Assembly (NCBI GenBank): GCA_963765495.1
Contig: CAVXWP010000001.1
Coordinates: 672,001-736,000 of the forward strand
Reading direction: 5' to 3'
Source: Blastocatellia bacterium
Lineage (GTDB): Bacteria > Acidobacteriota > Blastocatellia > UBA7656
DNA length: 64,000 nt
The notes beneath the pieces are model-generated. The model was given only the letters and a program-made list of their open reading frames with translations, did no database searches and was not told the origin of the DNA. How positions within the stretch are numbered: the first letter of the stretch is position 1; every line of letters begins with the position of its first letter. Positions 22,765 through 33,464 of the stretch are shown in pieces. Both the position numbers and the translations under genes were made by a program.

Positions 22765-24426
22765 ATGAGTAAAAAGAGGCTTCTCATTTCGAGCTTCGCG
22801 CTTGGCGCGCTACTGATGTTTGCCATCGCTTTGTTTGCTCCTGTCACATCCGCGCAGGAAGCAGCACCAGCACCCGCCGCCGAAACGGCTCCCCCCGCAG
22901 CCGACCCCTCAGGCGGCACGACGGGAACCGCAAGCGATGTGCCTGTCGCCGACCCCGCAAACCCTACGCTTCCCGAAGTGATGGAATCGGTCGGGCACAA
23001 CCGCGTGGCGATCAACTTCGTCTGGATGTTGATTGCAGGGTTTCTGGTCATGTTCATGCAGGCCGGGTTTGCGATGGTAGAAACCGGATTCACCAGAGCT
23101 AAGAATGCCGCTCACACGATGGCCATGAATTTCATGGTCTATGCCATAGGCTTGCTCGGATACTGGATTTGCGGCTTTGCGCTTCAGATGGGCGGCGTCG
23201 GGGCGGTTGGCGCGCTTGGCGGAACACCGCCTCTCAGCCACGAATTCACCATAGACCTTTTCGGCAAGACGTTCGGGCTGTTTGGGACGAGCGGATTTTT
23301 CCTGAGTTTCGGCGCTTATGATGTGGGAGTCTTTGCGCTGTTTCTCTTTCAAATGGTCTTTATGGACACGACGGCGACCATACCGACAGGCTCGATGGCC
23401 GAGCGATGGAAATTCTCCGCGTTTGTCATCTACGGGTTCTTCATGTCTATGCTTGTCTATCCGTTGTTTGCCAACTGGGTGTGGGGCGGCGGCTTCCTCT
23501 CTACGCTTGGAACAAACTTTGGCCTGGGCCACGGACACGTAGATTTCGCGGGCTCGTCAGTCGTTCACATGGTAGGAGGTGTGGCCGCGCTCGCGGGCGC
23601 GATTGTAATCGGCCCGCGCATAGGGAAGTTTGGCAAAGACGGCAAGCCCATAGGCATTCCCGGCCATCACATTCCGATGGCAATGGTTGGGACCTTCATC
23701 CTCGCATTCGGGTGGTTCGGATTCAACGCGGGCTCGACGCTCGCGGGCACGGACCTTCGCATCGCGGTCATCGCAACAAACACGATGCTCGCATCGGCTG
23801 CGGGCGCGTTCTCGGCGATGCTCTACATGTGGCTGCGATACGGCAAACCGGACCCCAGCATGCTTGCCAACGGAATGCTCGCGGGTCTTGTGGCGATCAC
23901 CGCGCCCTGCGCCTTTGTAAACAGCGTATCGGCTGTCATCATAGGCGCGATAGCGGGCGTGCTTGTCGTGCTGTCGGTCTTCTTTATCGAGCAGAGGCTG
24001 AAGATTGACGACCCCGTAGGCGCGATCTCTGTGCACGGCGTATGCGGCGCGTTTGGCGTAATCTCGGTCGGATTGTTTGCCGACGGCGTGTACGGCGATG
24101 GTCTGAACGGCGTGCCGGGCGGGGTGCGCGGGCTCTTTTACGGCGACGGGTCGCAATTGCTTGCCGAACTCATTGGCGTAGCCACGTGCTTTATCTTCGT
24201 CTTCTCAGCCTTCTATGCCTTCTTCAAACTGCAAGACGCTCTGATGGGTATTCGCGTTCCGGCAGCGGACGAAATAGGCGGGCTCGACCTGCCTGAAATG
24301 GGCGCGCTGGCTTATCCGAGTTTCACAATTTCGCCTGAGATTATCGAGGGCGTGGATGCAGGCACGCTGCTTGACGCTCCTGTGCATAATCAAGCGCCTT
24401 TGAAGGCTTCGCCTGCTGAAAGTTGA
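22765..24426 (+). CDS. amtB: ammonium transporter with N-terminal signal/extension
   Basis: FMQAGFAMVETG, DFAGSSVVHMVGG, GWFGFNAGS, DDPVGAISVHG. Confidence 0.95.
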   Translation: MSKKRLLISSFALGALLMFAIALFAPVTSAQEAAPAPAAETAPPAADPSGGTTGTASDVPVADPANPTLPEVMESVGHNRVAINFVWMLIAGFLVMFMQAGFAMVETGFTRAKNAAHTMAMNFMVYAIGLLGYWICGFALQMGGVGAVGALGGTPPLSHEFTIDLFGKTFGLFGTSGFFLSFGAYDVGVFALFLFQMVFMDTTATIPTGSMAERWKFSAFVIYGFFMSMLVYPLFANWVWGGGFLSTLGTNFGLGHGHVDFAGSSVVHMVGGVAALAGAIVIGPRIGKFGKDGKPIGIPGHHIPMAMVGTFILAFGWFGFNAGSTLAGTDLRIAVIATNTMLASAAGAFSAMLYMWLRYGKPDPSMLANGMLAGLVAITAPCAFVNSVSAVIIGAIAGVLVVLSVFFIEQRLKIDDPVGAISVHGVCGAFGVISVGLFADGVYGDGLNGVPGGVRGLFYGDGSQLLAELIGVATCFIFVFSAFYAFFKLQDALMGIRVPAADEIGGLDLPEMGALAYPSFTISPEIIEGVDAGTLLDAPVHNQAPLKASPAES

Positions 24427-24754
24427 AACCGCGATGAGGAGTAGTGAGATGTAAAATGAGAAGCCTGGCGGATGATGCGGGAAGCCTTTTGAGCGAATGA
24501 TTGGAGACCATCTCTCAAAAGGCCCTCCCGCACGCCGCGCTCAGATGACCTGGAGGCTACCTGTGCAGCGGTCAAGAGAATATTAAGTAACTGCCTCTCT
24601 ATTCGCAAGTAAGGCAAAGAGGTAGAGGCGCGACGCGCTGCCAGGTTGTAAAGCGATAACGCGGTCTGCGGCCCGATTTCTAAATCGGTCGCAGCGCCCT
24701 CTCGCGCAGGCGGCAAGAGTCTCGAAAGCTCTCCCCCGGCCTGCGAATACGGAG

Positions 24755-26161
24755 GTGAAAATGGTATCCGCTTACAATCGAGCATTGCGCACTCTTTGCA
24801 GCGCAGGACTTAGTTGCTGCTTAACGATAATGATGATAGGGGTGATGACAGGCCCGGCCATGGCTCAACAGGCAAGCGCGGACAGCCGAATGATCAAACC
24901 GGCTGGGAATACGGTTGCGCCCGCGTCCGCCGTCAAACCTCTGGATACAAACGCGAGCCTTCAAGAAATGCTCGTGACCATCAAGCGATTGGAAGATCGG
25001 GTCAAGGAACTGGAATCGAAACTCAATAAGTCTGACTCGGAAACCTCGGAGAGCGTCAAAGCCGTGAAGACCGTGCAGGAAGATGTATCGAAGATTCAGG
25101 AAGAGAGAAAGGCGGAGGCCGAGAAGAATTCGGGGTTCCTGTCCTTCTTTCAAAACACGGAGATCTCGGGTTTTGTGGACGCTTACTATACCTATAACTT
25201 CAACCGTCCGACAGGCGACACCCAGCTGCGAAACTTCGACACGAAACACAATCAGTTCAGCTTTCAGATGGCCGAGCTTGCGCTCAGCAAAGCGCCGACC
25301 CCCGACAGCCGTCTGGGCTTTCGCATGGACCTTGATTTCGGCCCGACCACTGAAATAGTTCACTCTTCGGAGCCGGGCGGCCCGGAGGTCTTCAAGAACA
25401 TACAACAGGCTTATATAAGCTATCTCGCGCCAGCGGGCAACGGGCTGCAAATTGATGTAGGCAAGTTTGTCACTCACGAAGGGGCCGAGGTCATCGAAAC
25501 AAAAGACAACTGGAATTACTCGAGGTCTTTGCTCTTTGCGCTGGCCATTCCCTATTACCACTTCGGAGTGAGAGCCACCTATCCCGTAAACGACAAACTT
25601 ACGCTGACCGGTCTTGTCGTAAACGGCTGGAACGATGTGGTTGATAACAACTCGCGCAAATCCTATGGCGCGAGCGTCACCGTAAAACCCAATTCAAAGC
25701 TCACGATAATTCAAAACTACATCGGCGGGCCGGAACAGTTTGGCAACAACGACGACTGGCGGCACGTGTTTGATACGATAGTGACATACACGGTCAACCC
25801 GACGGTCAGCCTGATGGCCAATTACGATTACGGCTATGACCGATTCGCGGGCGCGCGCGTTCACTGGCAGGGCGTAGCCGGGTATGCGCGCTTTCAGGTA
25901 AACGACTGGCTGGCATTTGCGCCGCGCTTTGAGTGGTATGACGACCACGACGGATTCACGACGGGCGAGAGCCAGGCGCTTAAAGATATAACGATCACGA
26001 GCGAGCACAAAATCAGCAAGGGCTTGCTCACACGCATGGAGTATCGCCGGGATTTTTCAGACAAGGAGTTCTTCATCAAGCCAGTTGACAGGTTTGTAAA
26101 GGCGCAAAGCACGTTCTCTTTCGGACTTGTTTATGCCTTCAGCTCGAAAGGCGATCAATGA
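24755..26161 (+). CDS. putative outer-membrane beta-barrel porin with N-terminal coiled coil
   Basis: Signal peptide, coiled coil, ISGFVDAYYTYNFN, GKFVTHEGAEVIE, NWNYSRS, VNGW; beta-strand-rich, ends GLVYAF. Confidence 0.75.
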   Translation: MKMVSAYNRALRTLCSAGLSCCLTIMMIGVMTGPAMAQQASADSRMIKPAGNTVAPASAVKPLDTNASLQEMLVTIKRLEDRVKELESKLNKSDSETSESVKAVKTVQEDVSKIQEERKAEAEKNSGFLSFFQNTEISGFVDAYYTYNFNRPTGDTQLRNFDTKHNQFSFQMAELALSKAPTPDSRLGFRMDLDFGPTTEIVHSSEPGGPEVFKNIQQAYISYLAPAGNGLQIDVGKFVTHEGAEVIETKDNWNYSRSLLFALAIPYYHFGVRATYPVNDKLTLTGLVVNGWNDVVDNNSRKSYGASVTVKPNSKLTIIQNYIGGPEQFGNNDDWRHVFDTIVTYTVNPTVSLMANYDYGYDRFAGARVHWQGVAGYARFQVNDWLAFAPRFEWYDDHDGFTTGESQALKDITITSEHKISKGLLTRMEYRRDFSDKEFFIKPVDRFVKAQSTFSFGLVYAFSSKGDQ

Positions 26162-26294
26162 TGAAGAAGCGGCAAGGCAGGTCCATAAATCCGAGTCTTT
26201 TGGGTTCCGGCAAAGAAGCGTTTTGAAGAGTTTGAAGCAAGGCTGCCGATCCAAACAGTCGGCAGTTGGAAAAATGAAAACGTAGGAGGAAAGA

Positions 26295-27704
26295 ATGAAT
26301 CCAGAAAATGTCTTGAAATTCGCTGCCGACCAGAAGGCAGAGTTTGTGGACCTTCGCTTCACCGACCTTGTAGGGGCCTGGCATCACCTGACGTTCCCAA
26401 TCGAAGAGTTGACCGAGAGTTCCTTTGAGGACGGTTTCGGATTTGACGCATCGAGCCTGCGCGGATGGGCCGCGATAAACGAGAGCGATATGCTCATGAT
26501 CCCGGACCCCACCCGTTACTGGATAGACCCGTTCATGAAGCAAAACACGCTCTGTTTGATCACAGAGATAGTAGACCCGCTGACCAAAGAAGGCTACTGG
26601 CTCGCGCCTCGTGCGCTTGCCCGTCGCGCCGAAGAGTATGTGAAATTCACGGGTCTTGCCGATACGGTTTACTTCGGCCCGGAAGCGGAGTTTTTCATCT
26701 TCGACCGCGTCGCCTTCCACAACGAGAACAACTCGTGCGGTGCGCTTGTCGATAGTGATGAAGGCGCGTGGAACTCGGGCGCGGATAATGAAAACAGTGG
26801 CTATCACATCCGGCACAAAGAGGGCTACGTGCCGCTTCCCCCGCTCGACGCTCTTCAGGATATAAGGTCAGAGATCGCTACAGTCCTGAAGCAGATGGGG
26901 CTTTCCGTAGAATGCCATCACCACGAAGTTGCGACCGGCGGACAATGCGAGATCGATTTCCGCTTCTCGTCCCTGATCGGCACGGCCGACAATTTGATGA
27001 TCTTCAAATACACGGTCAAAAACGTAGCGCGCCGCCACGGCAAATCGGCCACCTTCATGCCAAAGCCGCTTTACGGCGACAACGGCAACGGCATGCACTG
27101 CCACCAGAGTCTGTGGAAAGACGAAAAGCCGCTCTTTTACGGAGACGGTTACGCCGGGCTTTCAGAGATGGCGCGTCATTACATCGGCGGCATACTCAAG
27201 CACGCCGCAGCCATCGCCGCGTTCGCCGCGCCGACGACCAACAGTTACAAGCGACTCGTGCCGGGATTTGAAGCGCCCGTGAACCTGGCTTACTCTCAGC
27301 GCAACCGCTCGGCAGCCGTGCGTATCCCGACCTATTCTCAGAGCCCGAAGGCGAAGCGAATCGAGGTACGATTCCCCGACGCCTCCTGCAATCCGTACCT
27401 TGCGTTTTCAGCCATGTTGATGGCGGGACTCGACGGCATCCAAAACCGGCTGGAACCGGGTGAGCCTCTGGATAAGGACATCTATGACCTTCCGCCGGAG
27501 GAACTGGCCGAGGTTCCGAGCCTGCCCGGTTCGCTCGATCAGGCGCTGGCGGCGCTTGAAATAGATCATTCTTTCCTGCTCAAAGGAGAAGTATTCAGCG
27601 AGGCATTGATACAACGATGGATAGATTATAAGCGAGAACGCGAAATAAACCCCGTGCGCATGCGCCCGCACCCGATGGAGTTCGCGCTCTACTACGACAT
27701 CTAA
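26295..27704 (+). CDS. glnA: glutamine synthetase type I
   Basis: [36 protein letters not shown], adenylylation-site Tyr in DKDIYDLPP. Confidence 0.96.
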   Translation: MNPENVLKFAADQKAEFVDLRFTDLVGAWHHLTFPIEELTESSFEDGFGFDASSLRGWAAINESDMLMIPDPTRYWIDPFMKQNTLCLITEIVDPLTKEGYWLAPRALARRAEEYVKFTGLADTVYFGPEAEFFIFDRVAFHNENNSCGALVDSDEGAWNSGADNENSGYHIRHKEGYVPLPPLDALQDIRSEIATVLKQMGLSVECHHHEVATGGQCEIDFRFSSLIGTADNLMIFKYTVKNVARRHGKSATFMPKPLYGDNGNGMHCHQSLWKDEKPLFYGDGYAGLSEMARHYIGGILKHAAAIAAFAAPTTNSYKRLVPGFEAPVNLAYSQRNRSAAVRIPTYSQSPKAKRIEVRFPDASCNPYLAFSAMLMAGLDGIQNRLEPGEPLDKDIYDLPPEELAEVPSLPGSLDQALAALEIDHSFLLKGEVFSEALIQRWIDYKREREINPVRMRPHPMEFALYYDI

Positions 27705-27723
27705 ACGGGGGTACATATTGAAT

Positions 27724-27810
27724 GTAGGGGCAGACTTGTCCCCGCCCGAATTGGCCGTTGGAGCGACGGCAGCTACGCACTTTTCGGGCGGCCACAAGGG
27801 TTGCCCCTAC
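27724..27810. repeat. GTAG-type REP doublet
   Basis: GTAGgggcagacttgtcccgccc ... gggcggccacaagggttgcccCTAC inverted pair. Confidence 0.7.
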
Positions 27811-27874
27811 CGCTACCTTTTTTCGGATTTGACCATAGAGTGTTCATTGCGTGATAGGTGATGCAGTGCATTTC

Positions 27875-27935
27875 TTAGACAGGATTAACAGGATTTTCAA
27901 AGATTCGACAGAATTCTCTTTTCAATCCTGTTGAA
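27875..27935. repeat. ACAGGATT-family inverted repeat
   Basis: ttagacaggattaacaggatt...aatcctgttgaatt. Confidence 0.7.
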
Positions 27936-27993
27936 TTTTTTTACGCATCAATGCTTTCCCGGCGGAGAAAACCAAAGGCTCCGGTAAATATCT

Positions 27994-28048
27994 TTATCGG
28001 CTGATAAGGATTACTTATTTGCTCGCGCATCAAGAGTCGTGTTATCCA
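27994..28048 (+). promoter_or_regulatory. putative LysR-type operator plus promoter upstream of leuC
   Basis: TTATCggctGATAAGGATTACTTATTTGC...TGTTATCCA, matching the leuA upstream motif. Confidence 0.65.
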
Positions 28049-28107
28049 CTCATGGGGATTTCCAGGAGAGGTGTCTCCAAATACCAGATAACAGGAACAC
28101 TTGATTT

Positions 28108-29517
28108 ATGCCACGCACTCTATTCGAAAAAGTCTGGAGCGGTCACATAGTCTTTGAGGAGCCGGGCAAGCCCGCGCTTCTTTATATTGATTGCCATCTG
28201 GTTCACGAAGTCACGTCGCCTCAAGCCTTTGAGGGGCTGCGGCTGGCCGGACGCCGGGTGCGTCGCCCCGATCTGAATCATTCCACGGTGGATCACAACA
28301 TCCCGACCACGAATCGCACATTGCCGCTTGCCGACAGCGTGGCGCAGACACAGATTGAAACCCTTGAGCGCAACTGCCGCGAGTTTGGGATCACGCTTTA
28401 CGGGCTGGACAGTCCCAATCAGGGGATCGTCCACGTCATCGGGCCAGAGCTTGGACTTACGCAGCCGGGCATGACGGTCGTATGCGGAGATTCCCACACG
28501 GCAACTCACGGAGCCTTTGGGGCGCTTGCCTTCGGCATAGGAACAAGCGAAGTCGAGCACGTGCTTGCGACTCAATGTCTGATTCAATCCCGCCCAAAGA
28601 CTTTCAAGATAAGCGTTGAGGGAAAGCTTGCCGGTGGTGTGAGCGCAAAAGACCTTGTGCTTTACATCATACGAACCCTGGGGACGGATGGAGCGACCGG
28701 CTATGTGATCGAATACGCGGGCGCGGCGGTTCGCAATCTCACAATGGAAGAGCGCATGACGGTCTGCAATATGTCGATTGAGGCGGGTGCTCGCGCCGGT
28801 ATGATCGCGCCTGACGAAACCACCTATTCTTATCTTGAAGGACGCCCTTCGGCTCCGCAGGGCAAGGCTTTCGAAGAGGCGGTCGAGTATTGGAAGAGTC
28901 TGCCTACGGACGAAGGCGCTCAATTTGATCGTGAAATCGAGTTGGAAATATCTTCGCTGGCTCCGCAGGTAAGCTGGGGGACGAGCCCCGGCATGGTCAC
29001 GGATGTAACCGGAGCTATCCCCGACCCGGAATCTTTCTCTGATGAAAACTCTCGCAAGGCCGCGCGCCGCGCTCTCGAATATATGGACCTCAGCCCCGGC
29101 ACCGCGATTGAAGAGATCCGACTCGACCGCGTATTTATAGGCTCCTGCACAAACTCGCGCATAGAAGATTTGCGAGTGGCGGCACGGGTAATCGAAGGCA
29201 AAAAGGTAGCCTCGCCGATCCACGCTATGGTGGTTCCCGGTTCGCAACAGGTAAAGCGGCAGGCCGAGCGAGAGGGCCTGGATCAGATATTCAAACAGGC
29301 GGGTTTCGACTGGCGCGAGTCGGGTTGCAGCATGTGTCTCGGGATGAACCCGGATATTTTGAGCCCCGGCGAAAGATGCGCCTCTACATCAAATCGAAAC
29401 TTCGAAGGTCGTCAGGGGCGCGGAGGCCGCACGCATCTGGTAAGCCCGGCAATGGCGGCAGCGGCAGCCGTCGCGGGCCACTTCGTAGACATACGCGAAT
29501 GGGAAGGAGTTGAATGA
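28108..29517 (+). CDS. leuC: 3-isopropylmalate dehydratase large subunit
   Basis: [51 protein letters not shown]. Confidence 0.96.
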   Translation: MPRTLFEKVWSGHIVFEEPGKPALLYIDCHLVHEVTSPQAFEGLRLAGRRVRRPDLNHSTVDHNIPTTNRTLPLADSVAQTQIETLERNCREFGITLYGLDSPNQGIVHVIGPELGLTQPGMTVVCGDSHTATHGAFGALAFGIGTSEVEHVLATQCLIQSRPKTFKISVEGKLAGGVSAKDLVLYIIRTLGTDGATGYVIEYAGAAVRNLTMEERMTVCNMSIEAGARAGMIAPDETTYSYLEGRPSAPQGKAFEEAVEYWKSLPTDEGAQFDREIELEISSLAPQVSWGTSPGMVTDVTGAIPDPESFSDENSRKAARRALEYMDLSPGTAIEEIRLDRVFIGSCTNSRIEDLRVAARVIEGKKVASPIHAMVVPGSQQVKRQAEREGLDQIFKQAGFDWRESGCSMCLGMNPDILSPGERCASTSNRNFEGRQGRGGRTHLVSPAMAAAAAVAGHFVDIREWEGVE

Positions 29518-29521
29518 AAAG

Positions 29522-29598
29522 TTTTGAATTTTGAGTTTTGAGTTTTGAGTTATTTTGAATAACTCAAAACTCAAAACTCAAAATTCAAAACTCAAAAC
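29522..29598. repeat. inverted heptamer arrays (TTTTGAG / CTCAAAA)
   Basis: ttttgaattttgagttttgagttttgag...ctcaaaactcaaaactcaaaattcaaaactcaaaa between leuC and leuD. Confidence 0.9.
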
Positions 29599-29603
29599 TT
29601 TTT

Positions 29604-30197
29604 ATGGAGCCTTTTATAAAACAGACGGGTCTGGTTGCGACTCTTGATCGAGTCAACGTAGACACGGACCAGATCATACCAAAGCAATTTCTGAAGCGAA
29701 TCGAGAGAACCGGGTTCGGAGAGTTTCTCTTCTTCGACTGGCGATTTGATGAAAGCGGGTCGCTCAAGCCCGATTTCGAGTTGAACCAGCCGCGATACAA
29801 AGGCGCTACTATTTTGCTTGGCCGCGCCAATTTCGGTTGCGGCTCCTCGCGCGAGCACGCGCCGTGGGCCCTGCTCGATTATGGTTTCCGCGTAATCGTC
29901 GCGCCGTCGTTTGCCGACATCTTCTACAACAATTGCTTTAAGAACGGAATGCTGCCGGTGCGACTCTCTGAGGCGGAAATAGAGGAGCTGTTTCAGCGCG
30001 CAAAAGAGAACCCCGGATACCAGTTGACTGTCGATCTCGAGCGGCAGGAAATCACCGACGAGCAGGGCAATCATTACAGCTTCGAAGTCGATTCACACCG
30101 CCGCGAGTGTCTGCTCAAAGGGCTGGATGACATCGGCCTGACCCTTCAGCACGAAGACAAGATCAAGGCCTTCGAAGCAAGCCACGCTAAGGGATGA
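29604..30197 (+). CDS. leuD: 3-isopropylmalate dehydratase small subunit
   Basis: [36 protein letters not shown]. Confidence 0.96.
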   Translation: MEPFIKQTGLVATLDRVNVDTDQIIPKQFLKRIERTGFGEFLFFDWRFDESGSLKPDFELNQPRYKGATILLGRANFGCGSSREHAPWALLDYGFRVIVAPSFADIFYNNCFKNGMLPVRLSEAEIEELFQRAKENPGYQLTVDLERQEITDEQGNHYSFEVDSHRRECLLKGLDDIGLTLQHEDKIKAFEASHAKG

Positions 30198-30397
30198 GGG
30201 ATGAGGGATGAAACGGACTCTCACGAATCACCCCGATACCTGAAGCGCATTTCGGTATGGTTGACCAAAAAGGAAGCCACGAATTATCACAAATTATTCG
30301 TGGCTAAATCTTACTGGAAGCGACTCTACTGAGCCGCTTTTTACTGAGTTGTTACATTACAGTCCTTTTCATCCCTCATCCCTCATCCCTCATCCCT
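30191..30397. repeat. inverted heptamer arrays (GGGATGA / TCATCCC) around about 150 bp with an internal palindrome
   Basis: gggatgagggatgagggatgaa ... gccacgaattatcacaaattattcgtggc ... ttcatccctcatccctcatccctcatccctc. The arrays supply the stop codons of convergent leuD and ilvD. Confidence 0.85.
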
Positions 30398-32074
30398 CAA
30401 GAGGTCCGTCACGGCTCCGAGGCTGCTGCTCGATACCAGATGAGCATATTTGGCAAGGACTCCGCGAGTGTAACGTGGCGCGGGCGGTTGCCAGGCGGCA
30501 CGGCGGCGAGATAATTCTTCATCCGAGATGTTGAGTTGCAATAGGCGCGCTTCGGAATCAATAGTGACCGAATCGCCTTCTTCGACAAGCGCGAGGCCGC
30601 CGCCCACCGCCGCTTCCGGCGAGACGTGACCCACGACCATCCCATATGTGGCTCCTGAAAAACGCCCGTCCGTGATCAGCCCGACCGAATCTCCAAGACC
30701 CTGCCCGATGATTGCCGATGTGGGCGCGAGCATCTCTCGCATCCCGGGTCCGCCCTTTGGCCCTTCATAGCGAATGATTAGCACATCGCCCGCTTTGATT
30801 GCGCCCGATAAAATCGCCTTCAGGCAGGTCTCTTCGGAATCGAAGACGCGAGCCGGGCCGGTTATCCTCGGGTTTTTCACACCCGTTATTTTGGCGACCG
30901 CGCCTTCTGTAGCGAGGTTGCCCTTTAGGATCGCAAGATGCCCCTGCGCGTATACGGGATCAGTCCAGGGGCGAATAACATCCTGGTCTTCTCGCGGCGT
31001 GTCGGGCACGGCGGCGAGAGATTCTCCGATAGTCTCTCCAGTGATAGTCAGGGCGTCGGCGTGGAGCGCGCCGTTTGCGAGCAGTATCTTCATCACCTGC
31101 GGAATGCCGCCCGCCTTGTGCAGGTCCGTAGCCACGTATCTGCCCGAAGGCTTCAGATCGCACAGCACAGGTACGCGAGCGCGTATCTCTTCAAAATCAT
31201 CTATCGTCAGCGGCACGCGTGCCGCGTGAGCCATGGCGAGCAGATGAAGCACGGCATTGGTAGAGCCGCCTATGGCCATGACTACCGCTATAGCGTTTTC
31301 AAAGGCTTTGCGCGTCAGAATGTCTTTTGGCAGAATCTGCCTGCGGAGCGCCGAAATCAACACCTCGGCCGAAAGCACCGTACTTTCGCCCTTTTCGCTG
31401 TCTTCGGCAGCCATTGTCGAAGAACCCATCAGGCTCATTCCCAGAGCTTCGATAGCCGAAGACATCGTGTTTGCCGTAAACATTCCTCCGCAAGCCCCTG
31501 CGCCGGGGCAGGCGTGGCGCTCGACTTCGAGTAGCTCTTCGCGGCTGATCTTGTTTGCGCTGTAGCTGCCAACGGCCTCAAAGGCGCTCACGATTGTGAG
31601 GTCCTGATTGTTGTAGCGACCTGCTTTGATCGTGCCGCCGTAAACAAAAATCGCGGGGATGTTCAGACGCGCGATGGCCATCATCGCGCCCGGCATGTTT
31701 TTGTCGCAAGCGCCGATTACAAGCAGCGCGTCGACGCTTGCCGCGTTCGATACAGTCTCGATGGAATCGGCTATGACTTCGCGCGAAACGAGCGAATATT
31801 TCATGCCTTCGGTCCCCATCGAGATGCCGTCGCTTACGGTGATGGTGCCGAATTCCTGAGGCATAGCGCCTGCCGCGCGCAGGGCACGGTTTGCGCGTTC
31901 GGTCAGGTCATTCAATCCCATGTTGCACGGCGTTACAGTGCTATAGCCGTTGGCTACGCCTATGATTGGTTTGTCAAAATCACCATCGCCAAAGCCTGTG
32001 GCGCGAAGCATAGCGCGATTAGGCGTGCGCTCTAACCCTTCGGTGATGGTCTTACTTCGGGCATTATCACTCAT
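30383..32074 (-). CDS. ilvD: dihydroxy-acid dehydratase
   Basis: [53 protein letters not shown]. Confidence 0.96.
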   Translation of the reverse strand: MSDNARSKTITEGLERTPNRAMLRATGFGDGDFDKPIIGVANGYSTVTPCNMGLNDLTERANRALRAAGAMPQEFGTITVSDGISMGTEGMKYSLVSREVIADSIETVSNAASVDALLVIGACDKNMPGAMMAIARLNIPAIFVYGGTIKAGRYNNQDLTIVSAFEAVGSYSANKISREELLEVERHACPGAGACGGMFTANTMSSAIEALGMSLMGSSTMAAEDSEKGESTVLSAEVLISALRRQILPKDILTRKAFENAIAVVMAIGGSTNAVLHLLAMAHAARVPLTIDDFEEIRARVPVLCDLKPSGRYVATDLHKAGGIPQVMKILLANGALHADALTITGETIGESLAAVPDTPREDQDVIRPWTDPVYAQGHLAILKGNLATEGAVAKITGVKNPRITGPARVFDSEETCLKAILSGAIKAGDVLIIRYEGPKGGPGMREMLAPTSAIIGQGLGDSVGLITDGRFSGATYGMVVGHVSPEAAVGGGLALVEEGDSVTIDSEARLLQLNISDEELSRRRAAWQPPAPRYTRGVLAKYAHLVSSSSLGAVTDLLRDEG

Positions 32075-32165
32075 GGTTTTTCCTCAAGTTGATATTGGTT
32101 TGATTTGCTTCAACCATGTAATACCCTATCTGCGCGTGAAACGAAAGCGAAGTATGGATTCACGA

Positions 32166-32219
32166 TAGCCACAGAGAAAGGATTCTAAAAACTCTATGTC
32201 TGCGGTGCCTCTGTGGCTA
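32166..32219. repeat. palindromic element (CCACAGAG family), possible terminator
   Basis: tagccacagag...ctctgtggcta. Confidence 0.55.
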
Positions 32220-32222
32220 ATA

Positions 32223-32981
32223 CTATCCGCACAGGACTGAGCCGCCGTTGACGTTGAGCACTTCGCCCGTAGTGTGGCGGGCAAGGTCCGAGGCCAGAAA
32301 CAGGATCGGCCCGGCGATGTCGTCGGCTGTGGCCACGCGCCGGAGCGGGATGGCTGAGAGGATGCCTGCGATTTCGCGCCGGTTGTGCAGAGGTTCCGCA
32401 GACATATCGGTGTCAACCCAGCCGGGCGCGACCGAGTTCACCCTTATTCCAAACGGTCCCAGTTCGCTTGCGAGCGATTTCGTGAGAGAGATTATCCCGC
32501 CCTTTGACGCGGCATAGTGCGAATGAAAAGCTTCGCCTCGCTGGCCCGCTGTCGAAGAGACCGTGATGATGCTGCCCGACCGCTGTCGCTTCATCACCGT
32601 CGCGGCGAAGTGGCAGCAGGCATATACGCCCTTCAGGTTTATATCAATCGTCTCTTGCCATCCTTGCTCGTCGAGTTCATCTATGGCGCTGCCGGTCCAG
32701 ACGCCCGCGTTTGCGACTACTATATCAACGCGGTCAAACTCTGAAAGCGTCTGGTCGAATAAGGCTCGCACATCCTCGAAGCGCGAAACATCCGCCTGCA
32801 TGGTGATCGCTCGGACGCCAAGCAAGCGAGCCTGTTCTGCTATGGCTTCGGCTTCGGCTTCGTGCTTGAAGTAATTCAAGACCAGAGACGCCCCGCACTC
32901 GGCGAACCTTATGGCCGTAGCCGCGCCGATGCCCCGCGACGCGCCCGTTATCAATGCGACTCTACCGCTCAAATCTATCAT
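32223..32981 (-). CDS. short-chain dehydrogenase/reductase (FabG-like)
   Basis: TGASRGIG, NAG, YAASK, VNSVAPG. Confidence 0.92.
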   Translation of the reverse strand: MIDLSGRVALITGASRGIGAATAIRFAECGASLVLNYFKHEAEAEAIAEQARLLGVRAITMQADVSRFEDVRALFDQTLSEFDRVDIVVANAGVWTGSAIDELDEQGWQETIDINLKGVYACCHFAATVMKRQRSGSIITVSSTAGQRGEAFHSHYAASKGGIISLTKSLASELGPFGIRVNSVAPGWVDTDMSAEPLHNRREIAGILSAIPLRRVATADDIAGPILFLASDLARHTTGEVLNVNGGSVLCG

Positions 32982-33053
32982 CTTTCCTCCTGTGATATAG
33001 ATACACGTTTACTCTCTTCGGACGTGAAACAGGCTGTGGTGGCCGATCTGGTG

Positions 33054-33329
33054 TTAACCGCCCGCGATTGCCGGGACTATCGAAACCTCTGCGCCTTCGG
33101 GCACTCGCGTTGCCAGATTGTCAAGAAAGCGCACGTCTTCGCCGTCAATATAGATGTTTATGAAGCGGCGCAATTCGCCCCCCTCATCGCACACACGGGA
33201 TTGGAAACCCGGATAGCGCGCCTCAAGTTGAGTGATCAAGTCTCTCACGGTCCCGGTTTCGACTTCGACCTCTTCGAGGTCGCCTGTGAGCTTGCGTAGC
33301 GGTGTCGGTATGATTAGCTTGAGTGACAT
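33054..33329 (-). CDS. MoaD/ThiS/CysO-like ubiquitin-fold sulfur-carrier protein
   Basis: 91 aa; [22 protein letters not shown]-terminal PAIAGG. Confidence 0.92.
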   Translation of the reverse strand: MSLKLIIPTPLRKLTGDLEEVEVETGTVRDLITQLEARYPGFQSRVCDEGGELRRFINIYIDGEDVRFLDNLATRVPEGAEVSIVPAIAGG

Positions 33330-33361
33330 TATGATTCTCCTTTCAATCGAAATGGTTTAGA

Positions 33362-33460
33362 GATGAAGCGTGATCCGTGATTTTCAGCGGGCTTGCTTGT
33401 ACCAGACAATTTGCAAATCTGTTCCGGTCACGCATCACGCATCGCGCATCACGCATCACG
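33362..33460. repeat. inverted heptamer arrays (GCGTGAT / ATCACGC)
   Basis: gatgaagcgtgatccgtgat ... tcacgcatcacgcatcgcgcatcacgcatcacg. Confidence 0.75.
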
Positions 33461-33464
33461 TTAA

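Noticed and set aside
26158-26290. Glutamine riboswitch or leader peptide upstream of glnA
   Set aside because: Only a small hairpin (CTGCCGA/TCGGCAG) and a 22-codon ORF without a Gln run; no match to the glnA RNA motif as I recall it.
29522-29598. Repeat arrays as CRISPR
   Set aside because: Units are 7-9 nt with no unique spacers, and there are no cas genes in the window.
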